Below are positions 37,689 through 47,026 of a stretch of DNA of 64,000 bases, one piece after another. Origin of the DNA: Anaerolineae bacterium (GTDB lineage Bacteria; Chloroflexota; Anaerolineae; Aggregatilineales; Phototrophicaceae); assembly GCA_034437575.1 (NCBI GenBank), contig DAOTTY010000081.1:31111-95110 (forward strand), read 5' to 3'. The notes under the pieces are model-generated. The model did no database searches. It was not told the origin of the DNA and worked only from the letters and a program-made list of their open reading frames with translations. Numbering within the stretch: the stretch's first letter is position 1; each line of letters starts with the position of its first letter. The position numbers and the translations under genes were made by a program.

Positions 37689-39252
37689 TAAAACGCGCTC
37701 ACCTGTACTGGTAACAGCCAGTGTGGTTTTACTCACACTGGCCTGTGCCCGAACACAACCGGATGTCATTATCGTTACGGCGACGTTTGATGTAGCCGAT
37801 AATACCGTTTTATCCGCGCCCACTGCCATTCAAGAGATGCCCGTTACCGCGATTGAACGCCCTACGCCAAACCCCACCAGGCCGCGCCCCTCAACGGCCA
37901 GTACAGAATATACAGTTCAACAGGGGGATACACTGGCTGGTATTGCTGTTGCGAATGGCGTTAGCCTCGAACTTCTCAGTGAAATCAATCAGTTGGACAA
38001 TCCCAACCTGCTCACCGTAGGGCAGGTATTGCAATTACCTGCCCCGCCCACAGATGAGACACCATCCTATAAGATTATCTCCGATGTACGGTTTGTCAGG
38101 AGCGCGTCTGCAAATGGGTTTCATGTGCAGCAGTTCGTCAGCCAGCAAACAGGGTATATCCGCGATGCTGTTGAACCAGTGGAACTGAGCCGATCTAGTG
38201 GCATACGTGAGGAAATCCAACTACCAGCGGCGCAGATTGTAGAGCGGGTATCTATTGAGTTTAGTGTGGACCCCCGGTTATTGCTTGCCTTGCTGGAATA
38301 TCGTTCAGGCTGGCTGACGCGCCCCGTACTATCTGAAGAAGCGCGGCGCTTCCCTATGGGGGAAGTTAACGAGAACCGTGAGGGCCTATATAAACAGCTC
38401 GCCTGGGCCGCTAACCAATTGAATGCAGGCTATTATGGTTATAAATATCGTGGCATAGAGACTCTCACATTTGATGGTGGCGAACGCCTGCGCTACAACA
38501 CTGCACTGAACCCAGGAACAATTGGCGTTCAGTACTTCCTCAGCTTGAACAACACCTATGCCAATTGGCTTCAGCAGGCAAGCCCGGGTAACTTTGATGC
38601 GTTTTACCTGTCACTCTTTGGTGATCCCTTTGCTGAGGAGACACAGCTACTTGTTCCCGTTAATTTACAACAACCTGACTTTATCCTTCCGTTTTCTGAT
38701 AATGAAGTGTGGTTTTACACAGGTGGGCCACACGGTGCTTGGGGGAGTGGTAGTGCATGGAGTGCCATCGATTTTGCGCCACCAGATGAGCCGTCCACCG
38801 TCGCCTCAGCCTGTTACACGTCCCAATTTGCAGTACGTGCCATTGCAGATGGTCACATCACACGAAGTGCAGACGGCATGGTTATACATGATTTGGATGA
38901 TGACCGGGATGATACAACAGGGTGGGTAATTCTGTACTTGCACATAGCCAGCATAAATCGCGTTGTGCCTGATATACAGGTTTCAGCAGGTGATGTTATC
39001 GGGTATGCGTCCTGCGAGGGTGGATTCTCTACGGCAACACACATGCATGTTGCCCGCCGTTATAACGGTGAATGGATTCCAGCATATTGTCATCATTGTG
39101 ATGAAACAACGACAGTACCCGCATTCAATATGGGTGGATGGTCGGTCATTGGGTTTGATGGGCAGGAATATCAGGGCATTATGGTGCGCGACAACGAGCG
39201 CAGGCAAGCAGAGCAGGGGCGTCAGAACCCAATTAACCGAATTGCGTGGTAG
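37591..39252 (+). CDS. LysM-domain M23 family peptidoglycan endopeptidase (start codon uncertain)
   Basis: LysM (YTVQQGDTLAGIAVANGVSLELLSEINQL...GQVLQLP) and M23-like C-terminus (ILYLHIAS...GGFSTATHMHVA). No ATG/GTG/TTG start precedes the hydrophobic/lipobox segment after the upstream stop. Candidates are the ATG at 37591 or the ATT at 37684. Confidence 0.7.
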   Translation: MIPQRSIFSILGWIQRCLCSFLRARWAFGASISKTRSPVLVTASVVLLTLACARTQPDVIIVTATFDVADNTVLSAPTAIQEMPVTAIERPTPNPTRPRPSTASTEYTVQQGDTLAGIAVANGVSLELLSEINQLDNPNLLTVGQVLQLPAPPTDETPSYKIISDVRFVRSASANGFHVQQFVSQQTGYIRDAVEPVELSRSSGIREEIQLPAAQIVERVSIEFSVDPRLLLALLEYRSGWLTRPVLSEEARRFPMGEVNENREGLYKQLAWAANQLNAGYYGYKYRGIETLTFDGGERLRYNTALNPGTIGVQYFLSLNNTYANWLQQASPGNFDAFYLSLFGDPFAEETQLLVPVNLQQPDFILPFSDNEVWFYTGGPHGAWGSGSAWSAIDFAPPDEPSTVASACYTSQFAVRAIADGHITRSADGMVIHDLDDDRDDTTGWVILYLHIASINRVVPDIQVSAGDVIGYASCEGGFSTATHMHVARRYNGEWIPAYCHHCDETTTVPAFNMGGWSVIGFDGQEYQGIMVRDNERRQAEQGRQNPINRIAW

Positions 39253-39267
39253 CTTAAGAGATACAGA

Positions 39268-40080
39268 ATGAACAAAATACGATGGGGAATAAGTTTGTTG
39301 GTGGGGGCGGCCAGTCTAATGGGCCTGTCTGTATTTCAGGTGCAGTCACAAATCGCAATTCCCACTTCCACCCCTGCCCAAATTCGACTGGCCAGCGTTA
39401 CCCCACCACCCGATGTAACCAGCACGTCAATCGGTCAGGATTCAGGCTTCGCCATCAGCGGTGAGACGGCCACACCCAGCGGCATCGTTATGATTGAGCC
39501 GATCTCAGAAGTCAACGTGCGCTCCAGCCCGGAAATTGCAGAAGACAATCGCCTGGGTGCCATACAAGCAGGCGAGCGTTATATGGTTGTGGGTCAATAT
39601 TTTAACTGGTTGCAAATCCAATACGAATTGGCACCAGACCAGCGAGCCTGGGTCTATGCTGATTTGGTCGAGGTTATTGGCGGAGATACGACAAACATTC
39701 CGACGGTGGTTGTTAATGCTACACCCACTCCAGATCCACTTACTGATGGCGCAACACAAACTCGTGAGGCAATTCTGGCAGAGCCGGGCGGCGAACTAAC
39801 CGTGACCGCGCTGTCACGTATTATCACACTTCCAGAGGGGGTAGTGGAGGCTGGTAATGGGGAGGGGTTCGTCGTTAGTAACGAAACACCTCTGCCAACA
39901 TTCACCTATCCGCCGGGTGTATTGGTGGGGGTACCGACGTTAGAAGCTACTCGTGATATTCAGTTGTCAAGCAGTCAGCCGGCATCATCGGGGAACGTTG
40001 GGGGTGTTGCGCCCATTTTGCCGATTTTAGGGTTGGCCCTTTTCGGTATTGTGGGCATCATGATTAGTTTAGTTCGCTAA
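39268..40080 (+). CDS. Secreted SH3b-domain protein with a C-terminal TM anchor
   Basis: Signal peptide. SH3b-like segment (EVNVRSSPE...GERYMVVGQYFNWLQIQY...AWVYADLVEV). C-terminal hydrophobic helix ILPILGLALFGIVGIMISLVR. Confidence 0.65.
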   Translation: MNKIRWGISLLVGAASLMGLSVFQVQSQIAIPTSTPAQIRLASVTPPPDVTSTSIGQDSGFAISGETATPSGIVMIEPISEVNVRSSPEIAEDNRLGAIQAGERYMVVGQYFNWLQIQYELAPDQRAWVYADLVEVIGGDTTNIPTVVVNATPTPDPLTDGATQTREAILAEPGGELTVTALSRIITLPEGVVEAGNGEGFVVSNETPLPTFTYPPGVLVGVPTLEATRDIQLSSSQPASSGNVGGVAPILPILGLALFGIVGIMISLVR

Positions 40081-40088
40081 CAGAACCG

Positions 40089-40123
40089 ACGTGGGGCATA
40101 ATTATGGCAACTGCGCCCCACGT
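40089..40123. terminator. 9 bp stem-loop between convergent genes
   Basis: ACGTGGGGC-17 nt-GCCCCACGT. No clear U-run. Confidence 0.35.
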
Positions 40124-40151
40124 TCAGCTATCTGGATATAGCTTATTGAAA

Positions 40152-40568
40152 TTAGTGGCTGCAGGTGCCGCAACCAGCGCCCTCAGCCGCCTCACCATCT
40201 TCCGTCTTGAAGGATTGTCCGCAACCGCAACTAGAAGCAGCATTCGGGTTGTCAATGCGGAAGCCGCCACCCATCAGGCTGTCTACGAAGTCAATGGTGG
40301 CACCTTCCAGATAGATCATGCTAGTGGGGTCAACCACCAGGCGCGAACCGTTATTCACATCAACGACGTAATCTGTTTCACGCGGTGATTGTTCGAAAGC
40401 CATGCCATATTGCATCCCGGAACAGCCCCCACCAGATACAAATATACGCAACACATGATCCGGAATCTCGCGTTGTGCCATCAAGTTCTTGATGGTACTT
40501 GCTGCTGAATCTGTGATGGTGATTGCAAATTGGTTTACTGCTTTGTCTATCGGTTCCATCGTAGTCAT
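40152..40568 (-). CDS. A-type iron-sulfur cluster carrier (IscA/ErpA/HesB family) with an extra Cys-containing C-terminal tail
   Basis: GGGCSG...SCGCGQSF signature of A-type carriers, followed by 18 further residues: KTEDGEAAEGAGCGTCSH. Confidence 0.85.
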   Translation of the reverse strand: MTTMEPIDKAVNQFAITITDSAASTIKNLMAQREIPDHVLRIFVSGGGCSGMQYGMAFEQSPRETDYVVDVNNGSRLVVDPTSMIYLEGATIDFVDSLMGGGFRIDNPNAASSCGCGQSFKTEDGEAAEGAGCGTCSH

Positions 40569-40632
40569 TGAAAATCCCCTTAAATGGTTAATTTGATTTA
40601 CTTAAGCAGTTTAGCATACCCTTTTAACGAGG

Positions 40633-41289
40633 TCAATTAAGCTCACGATCATCATCGTAATCATAGGGAATTAGATAACCGCAACTCGCTTCCCCATCTG
40701 TGATGAGCGAGACTCGCTGGGGAACCCGACCTACAAGGGATGCAACGAGGCGAGCATCCATTTTGCACAGTGCATGGCCCTTCGTAGCAACCTCATGGTA
40801 GGGGCAGTTGTACGTGTGTAAAATGTATCCGTCATCAGTGGTTTCGTAACGGGCTGTGTAACCATGTTTATTGAGGTATTCCACAGCCCGGTCAAGCCGG
40901 TGAAGGAGGGGAAGGTCTTCTGGAATGGTTGCACAGGAAGCCATATCATCGGCTACACCTTCCAATATCACATTAAATGCGTTTTGTGGCATCTGGTTTT
41001 GCATAACATCCAGCAGCTTACCCGTTAGCACCGCATAGTTCGTAGGCATGTGCTTTTGGGCTTCTTCTGTAAGATGGTAAACATACTGTGGGCGTCCCGG
41101 CTTATCATGGTGCTGGCACTCTGTTGTTGTGATGCAATTTTGTTTTTGCAACAAGTTAAGGTGGTGCCGCACAGTGACAGCCGTTATCCCATCGCCACGC
41201 CGCTCGTGCAGCGCCTCAACGATTTCTCGAACGGTAGACTGCCCCCGCTCATTCAATACTTCAAGGATTTGCTTGCGTGTGGTTTGCAT
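40633..41289 (-). CDS. Winged-helix transcriptional regulator, SufR-like (Cys-containing C-terminal domain)
   Basis: N-terminal wHTH (RKQILEVLNERGQSTVREIVEAL...VTVRHHLNLLQKQNCI...GRPQYVYHLTEEA). C-terminal Cys residues (YNCPYH...ALCKMD...ASCGY). Directly upstream of the Fe-S carrier gene. Confidence 0.6.
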   Translation of the reverse strand: MQTTRKQILEVLNERGQSTVREIVEALHERRGDGITAVTVRHHLNLLQKQNCITTTECQHHDKPGRPQYVYHLTEEAQKHMPTNYAVLTGKLLDVMQNQMPQNAFNVILEGVADDMASCATIPEDLPLLHRLDRAVEYLNKHGYTARYETTDDGYILHTYNCPYHEVATKGHALCKMDARLVASLVGRVPQRVSLITDGEASCGYLIPYDYDDDRELN

Positions 41290-41451
41290 GTTTTTGGTCT
41301 ATTATGCTAATTACTATCATCGAAATCATATCATCAGGCTTCTGGGACTGTCAAACAGTGGTTTGACCTGGTTATTGACCAATTTGCCAATCACGGACAC
41401 AATGCCGTGCATTCATTGGTGGCTGGCACAACTACAAAGGATTGAACTTAC

Positions 41452-42288
41452 GTGAGAGACGTTGTGGCTTTCCAGGGCGTACCGGGAGCCTACTCTGAAC
41501 AGGCAATCCGGCAGCATTTTGGCGACGGGGTTGATGTGTTACCATGCCCCAGCCTGACAGAGTTGTTTGAACAAATCCAAACGCGGCAAGTGGAGTATGG
41601 CATCTTACCAGTAGAAAATGCGCTTGCTGGTGCAGTAGACCAGGCTTATGAACTGTTACTCGATCATGATCTCCGCATTCAAGCAGAGGTTATTTTGCAT
41701 GTGCATCATGCCCTGTTGGCACCGGCAGGGACTCAATTAGATAAGCTTCAGGCGGTGCGCTCTCATCCGCAAGCCCTTGCACAATGCGAAAAATTTCTTA
41801 AGCGCAACAACATTCAGCCCATTCCATCGTATGACACTGCCGGGTCAGCTCGCATGATCTCTGAGGAAAAACCGGAAGGTATTGGGGCAATTGCAAGTGC
41901 CTTAGCGGGGCAATTGTACAAGTTGGACGTACTGGCCAACGAAATCGAAGATGTCCCTTTCAATTACACGAGGTTTTTCGTGCTGGGTCACGATGACCCG
42001 GCTTTGGGAACGTACAATAAAACTTCACTGGTGTTCGCCACACGTCATCGTCCTGCTGCGTTGTATGATTGCCTGGGCGAGTTTGCGTCACGCGGATTGA
42101 ACCTGACTAAGATCGAGTCGCGTCCCCGGCGCAATCGCCCCTGGGAGCCTGTCTTCTACGTGGATGTTGAAGGTCATTGGCAGGATGATGAGTTACAAGA
42201 AGCGTTAGTGCGTATTTTACAGCGGGCATCTTTTGTGAAAATGCTAGGGTCCTATCCGGCAGTGAAGACACGGTCAGTCGGGATTTAG
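41452..42288 (+). CDS. pheA: Prephenate dehydratase with a C-terminal ACT domain
   Basis: VAFQGVPGAYSEQA N-terminus, TRF, and the ESRP motif (LTKIESRPRR). GTG start. Confidence 0.9.
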   Translation: MRDVVAFQGVPGAYSEQAIRQHFGDGVDVLPCPSLTELFEQIQTRQVEYGILPVENALAGAVDQAYELLLDHDLRIQAEVILHVHHALLAPAGTQLDKLQAVRSHPQALAQCEKFLKRNNIQPIPSYDTAGSARMISEEKPEGIGAIASALAGQLYKLDVLANEIEDVPFNYTRFFVLGHDDPALGTYNKTSLVFATRHRPAALYDCLGEFASRGLNLTKIESRPRRNRPWEPVFYVDVEGHWQDDELQEALVRILQRASFVKMLGSYPAVKTRSVGI

Positions 42289-42299
42289 AAAGGTAAGTC

Positions 42300-43391
42300 A
42301 TGGCGAAAAAACTTGATGTTGCGGTGCTTGGCGCGACGGGGGCGGTGGGGCAGCGCTTTGTGCAACTTCTTGAACATCACCCCTGGTTTCAAGTGGCAGA
42401 AGTTGTGGGGTCTGAGCGCAGTGCTGGTAAGCTGTATGGCGAAGCTGTGAATTGGGTGCTGGATGGCCAACCCGACGAGCGTGTTGCCGGGCTGAGGGTT
42501 CAGGCACTGGATCATGACATTCGCTCACTATTGGTCTTCTCTGCGTTGCCAAAACAAGCTGCTGATCCGATTGAGATGGAGCTTGCTGGACGAGGGCATG
42601 TGGTTTGCACAAATGCCTCCGCCAATCGCATGGTGGAAGATGTGCCGCTACTGCTACCTGAAGTCAATGAAAGCCATCTGCAACTGATTGATGTTCAACG
42701 GGCTAACCGCAACTGGACAACAGGGGCGTTGGTCGCCAACTCTAACTGTACAACTATGCCAGTGGTGATGGCCCTAAAACCACTGATGCGCTTTGGAATT
42801 GAGCAATTCCATATGGTTAGCATGCAGGCTATCAGTGGCGCAGGTTACCCTGGCGTCGCTTCACTGGATATTATTGACAACGTTGTGCCTTATGTCAGTG
42901 GTGATGAACATAAGATGGAAACCGAAACCTTACGGATGCTTGGCGTTTACAATGGCGGCAGCATCAATTGGCTAAAGGCAAAAGCCAGTGCAGCCTGTAA
43001 TCGTGTGCCTGTGGTAGACGGTCACTTAGTCAATATTTCGGTCAAGCTGGCAGAGCAACCTGACTTCGAGTTGATTATCCAGGCGTGGGATGATTATTTG
43101 ACAGCGAACATTGTTCAGGTTTTGCCCAGTGCCCCTGAACGCCCGGTTCAATACCTGCGGCAGACGGATCGCCCCCAGATTCGCAGAGATCGCAACGCAG
43201 GCAATGGGATGACGACATCAGTAGGGCGACTGCGAGCGTGCAATCTGCTTGGTTACAAGTTCGCAGCGCTGACGCACAACACCATTCGTGGGGCTGCCGG
43301 GTGCAGCGTTCTGAATGCTGAACTCATGGCTGTGCGAGGATACATTCACGAGTTCAACCCTACACCTGACGTCCACGAAGTTACAATGTAG
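42300..43391 (+). CDS. asd: Aspartate-semialdehyde dehydrogenase
   Basis: VAVLGATGAVGQRF Rossmann N-terminus, active-site NCTT, 363 aa. Confidence 0.9.
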   Translation: MAKKLDVAVLGATGAVGQRFVQLLEHHPWFQVAEVVGSERSAGKLYGEAVNWVLDGQPDERVAGLRVQALDHDIRSLLVFSALPKQAADPIEMELAGRGHVVCTNASANRMVEDVPLLLPEVNESHLQLIDVQRANRNWTTGALVANSNCTTMPVVMALKPLMRFGIEQFHMVSMQAISGAGYPGVASLDIIDNVVPYVSGDEHKMETETLRMLGVYNGGSINWLKAKASAACNRVPVVDGHLVNISVKLAEQPDFELIIQAWDDYLTANIVQVLPSAPERPVQYLRQTDRPQIRRDRNAGNGMTTSVGRLRACNLLGYKFAALTHNTIRGAAGCSVLNAELMAVRGYIHEFNPTPDVHEVTM

Positions 43392-43428
43392 AATGTAGGC
43401 AATGAGTTAATCCAACTGGAGCCTTACC

Positions 43429-44739
43429 GTGATTCAGTTTTTACAGTTAGACCAGCTTACTGCTACAGACAGGCATAAGCTGATGAAGCGTGCCGAGCAA
43501 GACATTAGCGACTTGCTGCCGCTGGCACAGGAAGTGACAGCACGCATCCGTGATGAGGGAGATGCAGCGGTCGTTGAGTATACACAGCGCTTTGACGCTG
43601 AGACCTTCTCCGCAGATATGCTAAAGGCTACTTCGGAGGATTTTGCTACGGCCCGTGCTTCGCTAGAGCCGGAGATTATCCAGGCCATCGAAGACGCCCA
43701 CGCCAACATTCACAAATTCCACGCAGAGCAAATGCCCGAACCGATGTGGTTCATGGAAGTGCAACCCGGCATTATGGCTGGCGAAAAAACAACACCTATC
43801 GCCAGCGTTGGCCTGTATGTACCGCGTGGCAAGGGTGCTTTCCCATCTGTCATGCTGATGCTGGCAACCCCGGCTAAGGTTGCGGGCGTGCCGAAAATCA
43901 TCGTTGTCACCCCGCCTGCGCCAAATGGCAAACCAGATGCTGCGGCACTGGTCGCGGCGGAGATTTGTGGTGTGGATGAAGTGTACGCAGTGGGCGGGAT
44001 GCAGGCCATTGGTGCGCTGGCCTATGGCACCGAGACAATTCCAAAGGTCGATAAAGTGATTGGGCCGGGGAGCAGTTATGTGTCTGCGGCGAAGCGCCTG
44101 CTCTATGGCACCCTGGATGTTGGTCTGCCCGCCGGGCCAAGTGAGTCCGTTATCCTAGCAGATGAACACGTTGACCCGCGCCTGGCCGCGCTTGACCTGC
44201 TGGTAGAAGCCGAGCATGGGCCGGAGTCCGCAGCGCTGCTTGTGACGCACAGCCGGGAAGTCGCTGAGAAAGCGTGTGAGGTGCTGCCAGCGTACATTGC
44301 GGAGCTACCGGAATGGCGGCGCAAGTTCGTTGAGAATGTGCTTTCTAACTATGGTGGTGTACTGCTTACCGACAGCCTGGAAGCGTCCATTGCATTCATC
44401 AACGAATATGCACCGGAACATCTGGAGGTGCTGACTGCCGAGCCGTTTATCACGCTTAATAAGATCACGAACGCTGGCGAAATTCTACTGGGCAGCATGA
44501 CCCCGATTCCAACGGCGAATTACTGCCTGGGCCTGAATGCTATTTTGCCGACAGGTGGATTTGCCCGCACTTTTTCTTCTGTAAGCGTACAGGACTTCCT
44601 GAAGCGCTCTGGTGTAGGCTATCTGTCTCGTGAAGGTTATGAGCGCTTGCAGGGCACAACGGTGACTTTGGCAGACTACGAGGGCTTCCCAGCCCACGCG
44701 ATGTCGATTCGCAAACGCAATGAAATTATCGGGCTATGA
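43429..44739 (+). CDS. hisD: Histidinol dehydrogenase
   Basis: 436 aa. GPGSSYVSAAKR and EHGPES motifs resemble HisD. GTG start after TGGAG. Confidence 0.93.
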   Translation: MIQFLQLDQLTATDRHKLMKRAEQDISDLLPLAQEVTARIRDEGDAAVVEYTQRFDAETFSADMLKATSEDFATARASLEPEIIQAIEDAHANIHKFHAEQMPEPMWFMEVQPGIMAGEKTTPIASVGLYVPRGKGAFPSVMLMLATPAKVAGVPKIIVVTPPAPNGKPDAAALVAAEICGVDEVYAVGGMQAIGALAYGTETIPKVDKVIGPGSSYVSAAKRLLYGTLDVGLPAGPSESVILADEHVDPRLAALDLLVEAEHGPESAALLVTHSREVAEKACEVLPAYIAELPEWRRKFVENVLSNYGGVLLTDSLEASIAFINEYAPEHLEVLTAEPFITLNKITNAGEILLGSMTPIPTANYCLGLNAILPTGGFARTFSSVSVQDFLKRSGVGYLSREGYERLQGTTVTLADYEGFPAHAMSIRKRNEIIGL

Positions 44740-46004
44740 GCGCGGATCTGCTTCAGCAAATCCAGCAGATGCAGTACAACGACAGGGGCGCAGCCGAAGC
44801 GCTCCTCGTCCGTTTTATTAGAGACACGTTTCCGCTTAATGTGGCATCGGTACAGTTAAACCCGTCGGCAGTCTCCCTCAACTCCTTCAACGGTTTCCTC
44901 ACACTAACCGATGGTAAGCGCCTGTTCTTCAAAACCCACACCGAATCAGATAATATCATCGGGGAATACTATCGTGCGTCGGTGCTGGCGGATGCGGGTT
45001 ACCCGGTGATTCAGCCAGTTTACAGTTCGACTGAGGCCGGCAAGCATCTACTCATCTATGAGGTAATCGAGTCGCCATCGGTGTTTGAGGTTGCCTGGGA
45101 TATTGAGCTTGGCAACGCAGATTCGTTAGGGGGCCTTACTGCTGCACAGAATCAAGCGGATGATGACCTGCTTGATCTGTACAAGGCCACGCTACGGTCT
45201 CAGAAAGCCGCTGACGCCGCAAAGGAGCCAATTCACCAGCTATTCCACCATCGGCTTACAAAAGGGCGTCTGGAGCGATTCTACGGCCCACTGCCGGGCC
45301 AGCCGCTCTCTGATTCTATTCGGGTGGTGCTACCTGATGGGGAAACCACAATGCAAGCCATACGCAGGACCCGCTGGCTCGTCAACGGGCAGGCATACAC
45401 CGACACCCTGGACGATATTATTGGCAGAGCGGTGCGTCTACTCGCGCCAGCCCAGGCGGGTCCGTCAGTCATTGGTCATGGTGACGCACACAACGGTAAT
45501 GTGTTCTTTGAGCGCGATCCACAGGGCAGTCGATTATTATACTTTGATCCGGCATTTGCTGGCCGCCACCATCCGCTGCTCGATCTGACTAAGCCACTGT
45601 TCCACAATGTATTCGCCATGTGGATGTACTATCCGCAAGAAAAACGCGACGTGACCACCATTGAGCTAGTTCAAAACGGCAGCGATTGGATTGTGACGCA
45701 TGATTATAGCTTGCCGCCTGTGCGCCATATGTTTCTTCGGAGTAAGCTAGATCGGGTGTTGGTGCCAACGTTACAGCTATTGCAAGCTGAGGGTGTGCTG
45801 CGTGAAGACTGGCGAGATTATCTTAAATGTGCGCTGTTCTGCTGCCCGTTCCTAACGATGAACCTGGCCGATGATAAACGCTTCCCACCGCCGATTACAC
45901 TGCTGGGCCTTACGATGGCTGTTGAAATGGGCGCGGAAAGCCACGGTGAGCGCAGCCTGATTGACCGCGCTTTGGATGAAGTTTCACAACAGTTAGACAG
46001 TTAG
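44736..46004 (+). CDS. Uncharacterised protein-kinase-like fold phosphotransferase (APH/choline-kinase superfamily)
   Basis: LFFKTH (beta3 Lys), LIYEVIE hinge, catalytic loop GHGDAHNGNVFF, metal-binding YFDPAFAG. ATGA overlap with the hisD stop. Confidence 0.6.
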   Translation: MSADLLQQIQQMQYNDRGAAEALLVRFIRDTFPLNVASVQLNPSAVSLNSFNGFLTLTDGKRLFFKTHTESDNIIGEYYRASVLADAGYPVIQPVYSSTEAGKHLLIYEVIESPSVFEVAWDIELGNADSLGGLTAAQNQADDDLLDLYKATLRSQKAADAAKEPIHQLFHHRLTKGRLERFYGPLPGQPLSDSIRVVLPDGETTMQAIRRTRWLVNGQAYTDTLDDIIGRAVRLLAPAQAGPSVIGHGDAHNGNVFFERDPQGSRLLYFDPAFAGRHHPLLDLTKPLFHNVFAMWMYYPQEKRDVTTIELVQNGSDWIVTHDYSLPPVRHMFLRSKLDRVLVPTLQLLQAEGVLREDWRDYLKCALFCCPFLTMNLADDKRFPPPITLLGLTMAVEMGAESHGERSLIDRALDEVSQQLDS

Positions 46005-47026
46005 ATTGAAACGCCAAGTTTATCTGCTAGCGCCTGAAAGGTTGGGGAGCACTCCAGGAATGCAAATTTCATGGTATTTACAGTTACCTGCATACCGCCG
46101 ATGCTGCGAATATACTCGACCGCAGACAGCAGGCTTTTGGCATTGATGACAATGGTCACAGCATACCAGCTTTGGCCATTGTCTGCGTCCGTTTTACTGT
46201 AAACCGGTGTAATTGATGGTCCCTGCAAACCACTTGTGATCTCGTTAGCTGTAACCTGATGGGCCACTGCCCTGGCTGATTCCCCGCGAATGTTGGCTGT
46301 AAGCTGATAGTAACGCTTACCCAACAGGGAAGCGTCCATGTACTCCAAGATCGTGCGAAGCGTTTCCAGCAGCGATGGGTTCGCACGAAGTGCATGGCGA
46401 TTGCCGATCAAACAAGCTTGTGACGAAATGATAACTCCATCACTCAGTGATTTAAGGCGGTTCTCACGCAGGGTTGTTCCCGTTTGAGTAAGGTCAACCA
46501 CTGCATCCGCATAGCCTAATGTGGGGGCAGCCTCAATTGCACCGTCCGCTTTGACAAGTGTAAAATGATGCAGCCCCTGCTCATGTAAAAACTGACGGGC
46601 AGAGCGGGTATAGGTGGTAGCAATGCGTAGGTTGCGATGCTGCTGCTCACGCAAATCAAGCGAAACATCCTTGAGGTCAAGCATGTTTTCCACATCAACC
46701 CACGCTTCCGGCACAGCGACTAACAGGCGGCAGTGCCCGTATTCAAGATCATCTTTAATAACGACAATGTTATCGTCACCGTATTCGTAAACCACATCTA
46801 GGCCGGTGATGCCAAGCGCTGCGGTGCCATCGGCCACTTTGTAAACGATGTCTTTTACACGTTGGAACATAACATCCAGGTTGGGTACAGACGGAATCGA
46901 CCCGGTATACTGCCGTGTGTTCGGTTTCCAAACTTTCAGGCCGCTGTTTTGCAAAAAGCTCAGGGTGGGGTCAGCCAGTGCGCCTTTGCTAGGCAGCGCC
47001 ATAATGATTGGGGGAGTCGTTGTCAT
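46001..47026 (-). CDS. hisG: ATP phosphoribosyltransferase, long form with a C-terminal regulatory (HisG_C) domain
   Basis: MALPSKGAL...FQRVKDI...DLTQTGTTLRENRL catalytic core, plus about 90 aa of C-terminal domain (YYQLTANI...WYAVTIVINAKSLLSAVEYIRSIGGMQVTV). Confidence 0.88.
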   Translation of the reverse strand: MTTTPPIIMALPSKGALADPTLSFLQNSGLKVWKPNTRQYTGSIPSVPNLDVMFQRVKDIVYKVADGTAALGITGLDVVYEYGDDNIVVIKDDLEYGHCRLLVAVPEAWVDVENMLDLKDVSLDLREQQHRNLRIATTYTRSARQFLHEQGLHHFTLVKADGAIEAAPTLGYADAVVDLTQTGTTLRENRLKSLSDGVIISSQACLIGNRHALRANPSLLETLRTILEYMDASLLGKRYYQLTANIRGESARAVAHQVTANEITSGLQGPSITPVYSKTDADNGQSWYAVTIVINAKSLLSAVEYIRSIGGMQVTVNTMKFAFLECSPTFQALADKLGVSI

